Shown: positions 17,672 through 25,585 of the stretch, piece by piece
Layout: each line of letters starts with the position of its first letter
How positions within the stretch are numbered: the first letter of the stretch is position 1
IMG/VR virus record: IMGVR_UViG_3300022200_000058
Location: 1 to 54,741 of that record
Source: a virus
Taxonomy: Duplodnaviria; Caudoviricetes
Reading direction: 5' to 3' (one strand)
Length of the DNA stretch: 54,741 nt
Made by a program: the position numbers and the translations under genes
Notes under the pieces: generated by a model
What the model was told of the DNA's origin: nothing
The model's database searches: none
The model's input: only the letters and a program-made list of their open reading frames with translations

Positions 17672-17870
17672 GTTCAAGCTCCTTCCAAGCTGAATCGGAT
17701 AATATGGCACCGCCGAAGGCGGCGTTCTCAAGTTTAGACTCTAAGGACCTAAAGACTATATTCACTATCAAAAAATGCTAGTGATATATAATATTAATAC
17801 AGCCTGGGCGGCAATGAAGTGAATAAAAGTCTATGAACAAAAGATGAAGAAGCCCCCGAAGGGGCATTCC

Positions 17871-18074
17871 TCACCAGTTCGCCTCCACGAACTCTTCGGT
17901 CTCCTGAGAAACCTTCTCCTTGAAGAATGGATCCAACTTGGTGGACCTGATCTTCTCGGAGATGTCTGGCCTGACCTGAACCAGACAGTTGAAGTACCAC
18001 TGACCATATCTTTGGTCGGTGACTTCTGGACGATGGCTTTGCTTTGTTGATGCCACGAACTGCCAGTATTCCAT
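17871..18074 (-). CDS. Cassette hypothetical protein (67 aa)
   Basis: RBS AAAGGAG; followed by a cUUCGg hairpin at about 17852-17866. Confidence 0.8.
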   Translation of the reverse strand: MEYWQFVASTKQSHRPEVTDQRYGQWYFNCLVQVRPDISEKIRSTKLDPFFKEKVSQETEEFVEANW

Positions 18075-18146
18075 GGGATCTCCTTTCTACTTGTCCCGTT
18101 CTCAAATTTCTGGGACTAAATAATAATATTATAACTAAAGATCTAG

Positions 18147-18182
18147 CCCCCCGAAGGGGGGGGGAGGCCCGAAGGCCTCCCC
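18147..18182 (-). terminator. Tandem cUUCGg hairpins (putative terminator)
   Basis: GGAGGCC-UUCG-GGCCUCC and CCCCC-UUCG-GGGGG; identical copy at 19389-19424, variant at 18661-18696. Confidence 0.65.
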
Positions 18183-18197
18183 TGTCACCCCTGTGGC

Positions 18198-18557
18198 TCA
18201 GCTCCAGTTGAACTCAGCCACGATGGCGTCAGCCGCGGTGGTGTCCACGGCTGCACTCTTCTCGCGACGGGCCTGCTGGCACAGCGCGAGGAACTCCTTG
18301 AGGATGTTCTCATCCCTGAGCTCAAGACGATACGCGGGGGTACCGTCGCTCAGCGTGAACACCTCGAAGAGGCTCACGGGGACCTCCGGGGTCATGACGT
18401 GAGTCTTCACGCCATCGGTCCAGAGACCGGCCCGGAGCTTCGCACGCGTCGCATCGGACGCATTCACGAAGACCGGGGTGTTGCCGGACACGGGCTTGAA
18501 GGACACACCCTCCTCACCCGCACCGACCCATCCGCGGATGGTCGGAGTTTTGCTCAT
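18198..18557 (-). CDS. Cassette protein, paralog copy A (119 aa)
   Basis: RBS AAAGGAG; highly similar to 19440..19796. Confidence 0.9.
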   Translation of the reverse strand: MSKTPTIRGWVGAGEEGVSFKPVSGNTPVFVNASDATRAKLRAGLWTDGVKTHVMTPEVPVSLFEVFTLSDGTPAYRLELRDENILKEFLALCQQARREKSAAVDTTAADAIVAEFNWS

Positions 18558-18708
18558 GTGGTTCTCCTTTCACGAGCATGGGCCAAGTACCTCCTGGCTC
18601 CGTTCTAAAGTTTCTGGGACTACATAATCACTATCAAAGTTCTAGTGATTAAAGATCTAGCCCCTCGAAGAGGGGAGGAAGCCCGAAGGCCTCCTCTCTC
18701 CTCTCCCC

Positions 18709-19068
18709 TCAACTCGCGAGTTGGGCCACAGCACCCTCGATTGTGCTGCGATCCACCCAGTCGGTTTGCTTGCCGCTCAGGACGATGCAGGCCCATTCGG
18801 TAACCGGCTTCGCCATGACAGTCTGGGACCGAACCCAGCGCTTGCCACTGTGACGGTTGATGCCGCCAACATTGGCCACGATCCGGAACGAATCGTTCTT
18901 ACCGAGGTAAACCACGGCAGAGCGGACGATGGGCCCGATGGTGAACTCATCGAACTGCTCACCCTGGACTCGCCAGAAGGTGTTGCCCTTCCGGTCGATA
19001 CGGCGCTCGAACTTGCCAGCGGTGATGCACCGGATGACGTAGTCAAGCAGGATTGCGGTAGTGCGCAT
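18709..19068 (-). CDS. Cassette hypothetical protein (119 aa)
   Basis: RBS AAGGAGG; GC3-rich codons. Confidence 0.8.
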   Translation of the reverse strand: MRTTAILLDYVIRCITAGKFERRIDRKGNTFWRVQGEQFDEFTIGPIVRSAVVYLGKNDSFRIVANVGGINRHSGKRWVRSQTVMAKPVTEWACIVLSGKQTDWVDRSTIEGAVAQLAS

Positions 19069-19156
19069 CTGGCACCTCCTTGCAGAATCGGCTGTTCATC
19101 TGCGTTCTCAAGTTTCTGGGGATAAAGACCTAACAACTAAAGATCTATAACGAAAA

Positions 19157-19191
19157 AGTGGGAGAGGCCCCCGAAGGGGCCTCTCTCACTT
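19157..19191 (-). terminator. Intrinsic terminator
   Basis: GAGAGGCCCC-UUCG-GGGGCCUCUC stem followed by a U-tract on the minus strand. Confidence 0.75.
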
Positions 19192-19305
19192 CTTCTTCTC
19201 GATCTTCTTCCTTGCTTCCTCCTTCTCCTCCTCAGTCCAGCGAGAACTAAAGATTGTGGTCCATGGAGCCTTGCGATTCGGATTGTCAAGTGCATTCTTC
19301 GGCAT
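19186..19305 (-). CDS. 39-aa charged peptide
   Basis: Manual ORF MPKNALDNPNRKAPWTTIFSSRWTEEEKEEARKKIEKKK; RBS AAAGGAGGTG. Confidence 0.75.
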   Translation of the reverse strand: MPKNALDNPNRKAPWTTIFSSRWTEEEKEEARKKIEKKK

Positions 19306-19439
19306 AATTACACCTCCTTTCTCTCGTTCACACGCTTCTGGGACTAATACTACTATCACTATCAAAATTCTTACAATTAAAGATCTAGCCCCCCGAAGGG
19401 GGGGGGAGGCCCGAAGGCCTCCCCTGTCACCCCTGTGGC

Positions 19440-19796
19440 TCAGCTCCAGTTGAACTCAGCCACGATGGCGTCAGCCGCCGTGGTGTCGACACCGTCGCTC
19501 TTCTCGCGACGTGCCTTCTGGCACAGAGCGAGGAACTCGGTCAGAACCTGCTCGTTCGTCAGGTTCAGACGATACGCGGGGGTACCGTCCTTGAGCGTGA
19601 ACACCTCGAAGAGGCTCACGGGGACCTCCGGGTCCATGACGTGGGTCTTCACGCCATTGGTCCAGAGACCGGCTCGGATCTTCGTGCGAACGTCGTCAGA
19701 CGCTCGCACGAAGACCGGGGTGTTGCCGGACACAGGCTTGAAGGACACGCCCTTCTCACCGGCTCCGACCCATCCGCGGATGGTGGGACTGCTCAT
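19440..19796 (-). CDS. Cassette protein, paralog copy B (118 aa)
   Basis: RBS AAAGGAG; duplicate of 18198..18557. Confidence 0.9.
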   Translation of the reverse strand: MSSPTIRGWVGAGEKGVSFKPVSGNTPVFVRASDDVRTKIRAGLWTNGVKTHVMDPEVPVSLFEVFTLKDGTPAYRLNLTNEQVLTEFLALCQKARREKSDGVDTTAADAIVAEFNWS

Positions 19797-19922
19797 GTGG
19801 TTCTCCTTTCATGAGCATGGACCAGGTACCTCCTGGCTCCGTTCTAAAGTTTCTGGGGCTAAAAATCACTATCAAATATATAACTAAAGATCTAGCAGGG
19901 CAGAAGGGGAAGACCCCGGGCG

Positions 19923-20042
19923 TCAGCCCGAGGTCTTCTTCTTGCCCTTCATGTGGCACGCCTTGACGGCTGCCACAGTCTTATGCCTCACCTCCTTCCG
20001 CTTTCCGTTCTCCCACTTCGAGCACTTACCACAGACGATCAT
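19923..20042 (-). CDS. 39-aa basic Zn-binding-like peptide
   Basis: MIVCGKC...H...C; RBS AAAGGAGG before ATG at 20042. Confidence 0.75.
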   Translation of the reverse strand: MIVCGKCSKWENGKRKEVRHKTVAAVKACHMKGKKKTSG

Positions 20043-20116
20043 GTCGCCTCCTTTCCTCGTTCCCAAGCTTCTGGGGCTAAAGATCACTATCAAAATGCTA
20101 GCTCGACAAAGAGGGA

Positions 20117-20311
20117 TCACCCCTGACATCCGCAGATGTCAAGGGCAACCGTCCTCTTCACACACAATGGACACTCGGCCTGGAACCCAGCCGCACCATC
20201 CATCGTGTGACAGCCCATCTCATGCGCACGAATCCATCCGATCCGACGACACGCGAAGTACTGCTCACTGCCAACGACATGACGTCGTCGACACACGCTG
20301 CATGTGATCAT
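20117..20311 (-). CDS. Cys-rich small protein
   Basis: CSVC, CPLC; ATGA coupling; RBS GGAGG. Confidence 0.7.
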   Translation of the reverse strand: MITCSVCRRRHVVGSEQYFACRRIGWIRAHEMGCHTMDGAAGFQAECPLCVKRTVALDICGCQG

Positions 20312-20475
20312 GCTTCAAACCACCTCCTTCCGAGGATGCCACCCATCGCGACCATGCAGGCCACGAGGATACCGTGTTCGGGATGCGTGAACCCCTCCCA
20401 CTGCCAACCCATCCAGCTCTGCGCTGCAAACAGCCCAAAGAAGATGGCAACGATGAAGACTCGGACAATGTACAT
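20308..20475 (-). CDS. Small two-TM membrane protein
   Basis: Start MYIV at 20475 after GGAGG. Confidence 0.7.
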   Translation of the reverse strand: MYIVRVFIVAIFFGLFAAQSWMGWQWEGFTHPEHGILVACMVAMGGILGRRWFEA

Positions 20476-20616
20476 CTGATCCTCCCTGCACAGGAATCGT
20501 TCGGTCATCCCGTGCGTTCACACGCTTCTGGGGCTATGGATACTATCACTATCAAGAATCTAGCCGGCCAAAACAGGAGGGTCCCGACCCCCCCGAAGGG
20601 GGGCCAGGACGACCTG

Positions 20617-20859
20617 TCAGACGAGCCAGTTCTTGAACTCGGGCTCAGCTGGACGCGTGTACAATGGGAGGGTGAGACCCCATGCACGTGCGTACGACTC
20701 CGCGGTGCGGACCGTGTTGGCCTCCATCTGTCCGGTGATGTCCACCGTACGGACGTTGGTACCCTCCAAGATGCACCACTGTCCACCGTTCGTGTGAACG
20801 ATGCGTCCCTCGCGAGCAGCGGGAACGATGAACTCATTGATGAGAGTGTGAACATTCAT
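20617..20859 (-). CDS. Cassette hypothetical protein (80 aa)
   Basis: RBS AGGAGG; followed by a cUUCGg hairpin at 20588-20603. Confidence 0.8.
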   Translation of the reverse strand: MNVHTLINEFIVPAAREGRIVHTNGGQWCILEGTNVRTVDITGQMEANTVRTAESYARAWGLTLPLYTRPAEPEFKNWLV

Positions 20860-21183
20860 GACTATTATCCTCCTGCAGAGATCAGTTGTTCACTCTGCGT
20901 TCTCAAGCTTCTGGGGTATACCCCCGTACCCTCGTTAAAGAAACAAGAGTACATATATATCTACTATTACCCGCTCATAAATTTTCCTTTATTTTTCCAT
21001 GATATAGTTTTTTATATACCTTTATAGGGGCTGTGGGGGTGGTCGGGCCGCCGGAAAAACTTTTCTGAGAAATATTGATCTACTACTTGACAAGGATCTA
21101 ATACATATGCTTAGATGACAGTTAACCACCACAAGGTGGGGGAAATATCAAGCACCCAATGCTTAACACTCAAGGGAGTTGTA

Positions 21184-21384
21184 ATGAATACATTTGTTGA
21201 TTGTCCACACTGTGGTTCAGAGTTCATCGTATCTGAGGATCTTCTGGTGTCTACTGTGAGATGTCCTGATTGTCTCATGTGGGTAGATGAGGACACTGAG
21301 GGTGTACGTACCACGTTGGCTGGCTATGCTAGCCGTTTGGGTTCAGATTACATGGATGAGCTTGAATACGGTTACGATTACTGA
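21184..21384 (+). CDS. Zn-ribbon protein
   Basis: CPHC...CPDC; RBS AGGGAG; TTGACA upstream at about 21087. Confidence 0.75.
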   Translation: MNTFVDCPHCGSEFIVSEDLLVSTVRCPDCLMWVDEDTEGVRTTLAGYASRLGSDYMDELEYGYDY

Positions 21385-21396
21385 TATACTGACGCA

Positions 21397-21488
21397 TGTA
21401 ACTTTAACCCTCCAATAAAGTTACTTTATGTAGTCATGTGAAGAAAAAGGGGATGTTCCACTAGCCATGGTGGAGCGTCCCCTTTTTT
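21397..21488 (+). ncRNA. Candidate ~90-nt small RNA
   Basis: TTGAAT-17-TATACT promoter (21362-21390), 9-bp hairpin with CCCUCC loop, terminator. Confidence 0.5.
21444..21488 (+). terminator. Intrinsic terminator
   Basis: 15-bp stem with three G-U pairs on the plus strand, followed by U6. Confidence 0.8.
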
Positions 21489-21564
21489 GATGTGTCATAT
21501 TTCTCTTTTGATGGTCACAACCTAATCACTACTATACCTGTGTCTTTTTTTATTATAAGGAGTG

Positions 21565-21720
21565 ATGATGAATAGCTTTTGGAAGAGATTTGTTGCAAAC
21601 AGACGTAGAAAAGCAGAATACGCTAGATACAGTTATCTGATCAATAAGGATCAGGGTTTAACCGATGATTTGGAGCGCAGAATTTCTCGTTTGATGTTTG
21701 ATCAACTTCGCTTGTTCTGA
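21565..21720 (+). CDS. 51-aa hypothetical protein
   Basis: Manual ORF MMNSFWKRFVANRRRK...; RBS AAGGAG. Confidence 0.65.
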   Translation: MMNSFWKRFVANRRRKAEYARYSYLINKDQGLTDDLERRISRLMFDQLRLF

Positions 21721-22023
21721 TTAGAACTGGCGTGGATCAATAATAACTGTTGAGCTTTCGCCTTCTTCAGCGAGCTCGAAAATAACTTCATCAATTGATT
21801 TTTCAGATATTTCACAGATGTTGTTTACAATTGTCCATTCATCTTCATTGAATACACTGAAAACGATGTAGCCTTCTGGGGTTGGATGAACCGTAATGAT
21901 TCTTTCCATTTGATCGTTAGAAAATTCGTGTGTAAACCTGAGCACGTCATTAGGATCAACTTTGTCTAAGTTTTTTTCTACTAAATCAAGAATTCTTTTG
22001 ACAAAATCGTAATCCATGTACAC
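21721..22023 (-). CDS. Hypothetical acidic protein
   Basis: RBS AAAGGA; TTACTA motif upstream. Confidence 0.75.
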   Translation of the reverse strand: MYMDYDFVKRILDLVEKNLDKVDPNDVLRFTHEFSNDQMERIITVHPTPEGYIVFSVFNEDEWTIVNNICEISEKSIDEVIFELAEEGESSTVIIDPRQF

Positions 22024-22119
22024 ATCCTTTATTTTCCATAACTTTTCTAGCCGTATAGTAACCGTTTTAACTTTTTTTGGCTAGAAACACTAATTTTATA
22101 AAAATTTTTCGAAAAAAAA

Positions 22120-22320
22120 TCAGCGGAAAGGTTCAGGATCATCCTCGCTAGGTAACTGATCTTCTATATCATCAGCATTTTCGTCAGGTTCTTCCCATTC
22201 ATCACCACAATCACGGCATTTGACCGAAGAAAAAAATTTTCCGTTGCGTTTTGGAAGCTGACAAGTAACCCAATTAGGCGGCAAAGAGCAATCTTCACAA
22301 ATCATTGGTGAGAATGACAT
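22120..22320 (-). CDS. Small Zn-finger protein
   Basis: CEDC...CRDC; directly follows recA. Confidence 0.7.
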   Translation of the reverse strand: MSFSPMICEDCSLPPNWVTCQLPKRNGKFFSSVKCRDCGDEWEEPDENADDIEDQLPSEDDPEPFR

Positions 22321-22321
22321 T

Positions 22322-23305
22322 TTAACCCTTGATTTCCTCTACTATCTCTGGAGAATCCTTCAGCTTATCAATAGCATTGTCTCTACCTTGAGCGAAATTC
22401 TCGTCTTTGTAGTACACCCATGCGCCTTTTTGGGTAAAAATACCTTTTTCTAGACCGACATCAAAAATACAGCCATATTCATCGATACCTTGAGCATAAT
22501 TGATGTTAAATTCGGTGATTTTCATGGGTGGAGCCATCTTATTCTTAATAATCTTGGCTTTTACTCTTATACCTGTTAGTTCACCAGACTTATCTTTGAG
22601 ATCTTCTTTCTTTCTTACATCAATTCTCACAGAAGAATAGAACTTTAGGGACATACCACCAGGTGTAGTCTCAGGGTTACCAAACATGATCCCAATTTTG
22701 TTTCTAAGCTGGTTCAAGAAGATTATGAGCGTATTATGCTGTGCAGCTAGTCCAGTGACCTTACGCAAGGCTTTGGCCATCATACGGGCTTGTAGCCCCA
22801 TATGAGCCTGCTCCATCTCGCCATCCAGCTCTGCCTTAGGAACTAGGGCAGCAACAGAGTCAACTACAATGACTCCTATCTCACCTGTTCTCAGTAACCT
22901 ATCTAAGATATCTAGACCTTGCTCACCATAGTCTGGTTGGGCCAGTAAGAGGTTATCTAGGTCTATCCCTACCTCTTGCATGTAAACAGGGTCTAACGCG
23001 TGTTCTGCGTCAATATAGGCACATGTCAGGCCCATTCTCTGTGCCTTAGCGACAGTGGTTAGAGCTAGGGTGGATTTTCCAGAAGATTCTGGCCCATAAA
23101 TCTCTACTACTCTTCCTCTTGGAAGTCCACCAATCCCTAAGGCGTGGTCTAATGTCATTGCTCCGGTAGAAATCGATTCCCAAGGCTTAATATTAGTGGT
23201 TCCAAGTCGAATGACCGATCCCTGCCCGTATTGTTTTTGTAGATGAGCTATTGCAACCTCTAATGCCTTAGAAGGTTCTTTCTGCTCAGATTCGTTAGTC
23301 ATCAA
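22322..23305 (-). CDS. recA: RecA recombinase
   Basis: GGLPRGRVVEIYGPESSGKST, IDAEHALDP, VVDSVAAL, GNPETTPGG. Confidence 0.97.
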   Translation of the reverse strand: MMTNESEQKEPSKALEVAIAHLQKQYGQGSVIRLGTTNIKPWESISTGAMTLDHALGIGGLPRGRVVEIYGPESSGKSTLALTTVAKAQRMGLTCAYIDAEHALDPVYMQEVGIDLDNLLLAQPDYGEQGLDILDRLLRTGEIGVIVVDSVAALVPKAELDGEMEQAHMGLQARMMAKALRKVTGLAAQHNTLIIFLNQLRNKIGIMFGNPETTPGGMSLKFYSSVRIDVRKKEDLKDKSGELTGIRVKAKIIKNKMAPPMKITEFNINYAQGIDEYGCIFDVGLEKGIFTQKGAWVYYKDENFAQGRDNAIDKLKDSPEIVEEIKG

Positions 23306-23531
23306 ATAACTTTCCTTGAAGGGAGGCCTCTCTGACCTCTTTTATGTATTCTCCAATTATACCATCAAACACCTCTACCATGCTGGTCGTCTCCAAAGAA
23401 ACAGCTTCTAAAAACTTTGCGGTAGATTCCATATCTTCTGGCCAAGATTCGGCAGCAACGACGCAAGATTCGTACATTTTGCGAAAATTTTCAAATATCG
23501 TTTCTACGTTCTGCTGCATTTGTTCTTCCAT
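23295..23531 (-). CDS. Hypothetical protein
   Basis: Overlaps the recA start; promoter upstream. Confidence 0.7.
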   Translation of the reverse strand: MEEQMQQNVETIFENFRKMYESCVVAAESWPEDMESTAKFLEAVSLETTSMVEVFDGIIGEYIKEVREASLQGKLFDD

Positions 23532-23551
23532 TGTTAAATCCTAACTATTTA

Positions 23552-23599
23552 TGTTATAATTGATATCAACATTATACAGTAAGGAGACAAAATGAGCAA
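23552..23599. promoter_or_regulatory. Overlapping divergent sigma70-like promoters at the strand switch
   Basis: Plus: TGTTATAAT at 23552-23560. Minus: TTGCTC-17-TATAAT at 23599-23571. Confidence 0.6.
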
Positions 23600-23744
23600 G
23601 TGTCATCAGCAGGATGCATATCTAGAACTTTCGCTTTATATCTTATATAAAAGATTTCATACCCCAAATGATATCTTAAAATACTGGGCTGTGGCAGGTC
23701 CTTGTCTTGAAAAAGTGCCTGAAATCGAAAATATTAATTGGTGA
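23592..23744 (+). CDS. 50-aa hypothetical protein
   Basis: Manual ORF MSKCHQQDAY...ENINW; RBS AAGGAG. Confidence 0.65.
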   Translation: MSKCHQQDAYLELSLYILYKRFHTPNDILKYWAVAGPCLEKVPEIENINW

Positions 23745-23902
23745 ACTGGATTTCAATTTGACACGTATGATAGACTGGTCATACGCCCCCCTTCCCCCCT
23801 TCCCCCCTTTACTATATAATTATATATTAACATATACTATTATAATATATACTTATACGTATTATATATAAACCTATATAAGTAGACGTAAGTAGGACCC
23901 AC

Positions 23903-25357
23903 ATGCAAATATATCAAATATTCATACCGGAACTCGGCACAGGTGTAAAGTTTAAAGTATTGGAAACTTCTGAGGTAGAAGAGTTTGTCTCTAAGAATAA
24001 AAAGAAAAAAGAAGAAGAATTTAAAAAGATAGTTATAGAGAATTTTGTTTATAACCTAAAAACAGAAGTAGCCTCATCTTTAGCAATGATGTCTAGAGTA
24101 TCCGGAAACAGGGCCATAGAAGCTATATACGCTGGATGCGTTATGTTAAACCCTGGATTGAATTTAGAGTTCTGGTTAGATACCGCTTTTGCTACAGCTC
24201 CATCGGAACTGTTTGATCAGGAAAAAGAAGATGATGATTTTGATTTTGAGCAGATAAAGAAATATATTGATAAACAAAAAGTAACTAAGAGAACTCCAGT
24301 AAAAAAGCAGTTTAAGAAACTAACTAAGCAAAAGTTTTTAGGTCTTGATCAATATCTTAAATCTATGGTTATAGGTCAAGATGAAGCAGTTGACGAGGTT
24401 GTTTCGGCACTATACAGGTGTCAGGCTGACCTGCACGACTCGGACAGGCCTTTAGGTGTATTTCTCTTTGCCGGGTCCTCTGGAGTGGGTAAAACACACC
24501 TTGCTAATAAATTACATAACTACATGTATGGTTCAGACACGAATATGGTTAGAATCGATTGCGGAGAATTTCAACATAAACATGAGAACCAAAAGCTTTT
24601 AGGTGCACCTCCTGGATATGTTGGCCATGATGAGGGTGGACAGTTAACTAATCAGGTTAAGAAAAACCCAAATACTGTTATATTGCTGGATGAAGTGGAA
24701 AAGGCACATGAAGATATGTGGAACACTTTTCTTAGAGTTTTTGATGAAGGTTTTGTTACCGATAATAAAGGTGAAATCATAGATTTTAGAAACACTATAA
24801 TAATAATGACTACAAATTTAGGAAATGATAAAGTAGTCGAAAACTTAATTTCAACTGGTGTAGGTTTTGGTCAAAGTGTAGATTTTGATAGAAAAACTGA
24901 AAAAATACCTGTTAGAAACATAGTTGAGAAAAACACCATGAAAGCTATTGATAAATACTTTAGGCCCGAGTTTTTAAATAGGGTAGATAAAGTTGTTATA
25001 TTTAACCATCTTGAAAGACAAGATTGCGTAAAGATAGCTCAACTAGAAATGTCGGTAACAGCAGAAAAGCTATCCAAAAAGGGAATTTCGCTAGAGTACA
25101 CTGACAATGTTATAGATGGGTTGATAGATTTAGGTATTGATACGATCAAAGGTGCTAGGGGCATTGCTCAGATCAGAAGAGACAATATAGAAACTAAGAT
25201 AGCTCAAGCTATTGTGAAGTCTTCGGTGCCTAGAGGTACTATATTCCATATTGATTATTTAGAAGAAGATTTTATTTTTGACGTACAAAAACCTATAAAA
25301 AAATCTAGAACTAAAGTTGTTGAAGAAATAGGAGAACAAAATGGGAAAAGCACGTGA
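23903..25357 (+). CDS. ClpB/ClpC-like AAA+ ATPase (second AAA module only)
   Basis: VIGQDEAV, RPLGVFLFAGSSGVGKT, LGAPPGYVG, LLDEVEKAH, FRPEFLNRVD, GAR. Confidence 0.92.
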   Translation: MQIYQIFIPELGTGVKFKVLETSEVEEFVSKNKKKKEEEFKKIVIENFVYNLKTEVASSLAMMSRVSGNRAIEAIYAGCVMLNPGLNLEFWLDTAFATAPSELFDQEKEDDDFDFEQIKKYIDKQKVTKRTPVKKQFKKLTKQKFLGLDQYLKSMVIGQDEAVDEVVSALYRCQADLHDSDRPLGVFLFAGSSGVGKTHLANKLHNYMYGSDTNMVRIDCGEFQHKHENQKLLGAPPGYVGHDEGGQLTNQVKKNPNTVILLDEVEKAHEDMWNTFLRVFDEGFVTDNKGEIIDFRNTIIIMTTNLGNDKVVENLISTGVGFGQSVDFDRKTEKIPVRNIVEKNTMKAIDKYFRPEFLNRVDKVVIFNHLERQDCVKIAQLEMSVTAEKLSKKGISLEYTDNVIDGLIDLGIDTIKGARGIAQIRRDNIETKIAQAIVKSSVPRGTIFHIDYLEEDFIFDVQKPIKKSRTKVVEEIGEQNGKST

Positions 25358-25577
25358 GCTTTTTGGCGCTGTGAAGGGTCAAGGACAAGGCACATATGCC
25401 ATGGCTAAAAGAGGTTTAGGGATAGCTGGCGCAACTGCTGCAGGGCGACATATTAAAGCTCACCCTAAAAGATCGGCAGTTGCTGGCCTTATGGGTGCAG
25501 GGGCTATTTCCTCTAAAAGACGAGGCAGAGGTACGTCTCCTACTAGAGGTGTTCCTAGAGGCATCTACAAGTACTAG
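25341..25577 (+). CDS. Small basic Gly/Ala/Arg-rich protein
   Basis: RBS AGGAG; composition. Confidence 0.7.
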   Translation: MGKARELFGAVKGQGQGTYAMAKRGLGIAGATAAGRHIKAHPKRSAVAGLMGAGAISSKRRGRGTSPTRGVPRGIYKY

Positions 25578-25585
25578 GATCTATA

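Larger units (their letters stand above)
16985..20924 (-). repeat. Array of 10 promoter-like cassette repeats in a GC-rich island
   Basis: Plus-strand motif CGTTCHMAMRYTTCTGGG at 18097, 18601, 19103, 19325, 19840, 20058, 20515, 20898; variants at 16985 and 17723; accessory TCACTATCAA and TAAAGATCTA boxes. Confidence 0.9.

Noticed and set aside
18198-19796. Diversity-generating retroelement TR/VR pair
   Set aside because: Differences between the copies are not adenine-specific, and there is no reverse transcriptase in the window
18147-20603. N4-type template-strand C-GAA-G hairpin promoters
   Set aside because: The hairpins do read CGAAG on the template strand, but they sit at variable distances from the core motif, are absent in some cassettes and directly follow stop codons. 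cUUCGg RNA hairpins explain them more simply. Not fully excluded.
16985-20924. CRISPR array
   Set aside because: Repeats are degenerate, spaced about 220-740 bp apart and separated by ORFs; no cas genes in the window
16985-20924. Integron with attC sites
   Set aside because: The core motif is not an imperfect palindrome with RYYYAAC/GTTRRRY ends, and no tyrosine integrase is in the window
17034-21027. Plus-strand ORFs in the GC-rich island (e.g. 18721..19125, 19435..19887, 20374..21027)
   Set aside because: Antisense shadows of minus-strand genes that have strong RBSs; several run through the non-coding motifs
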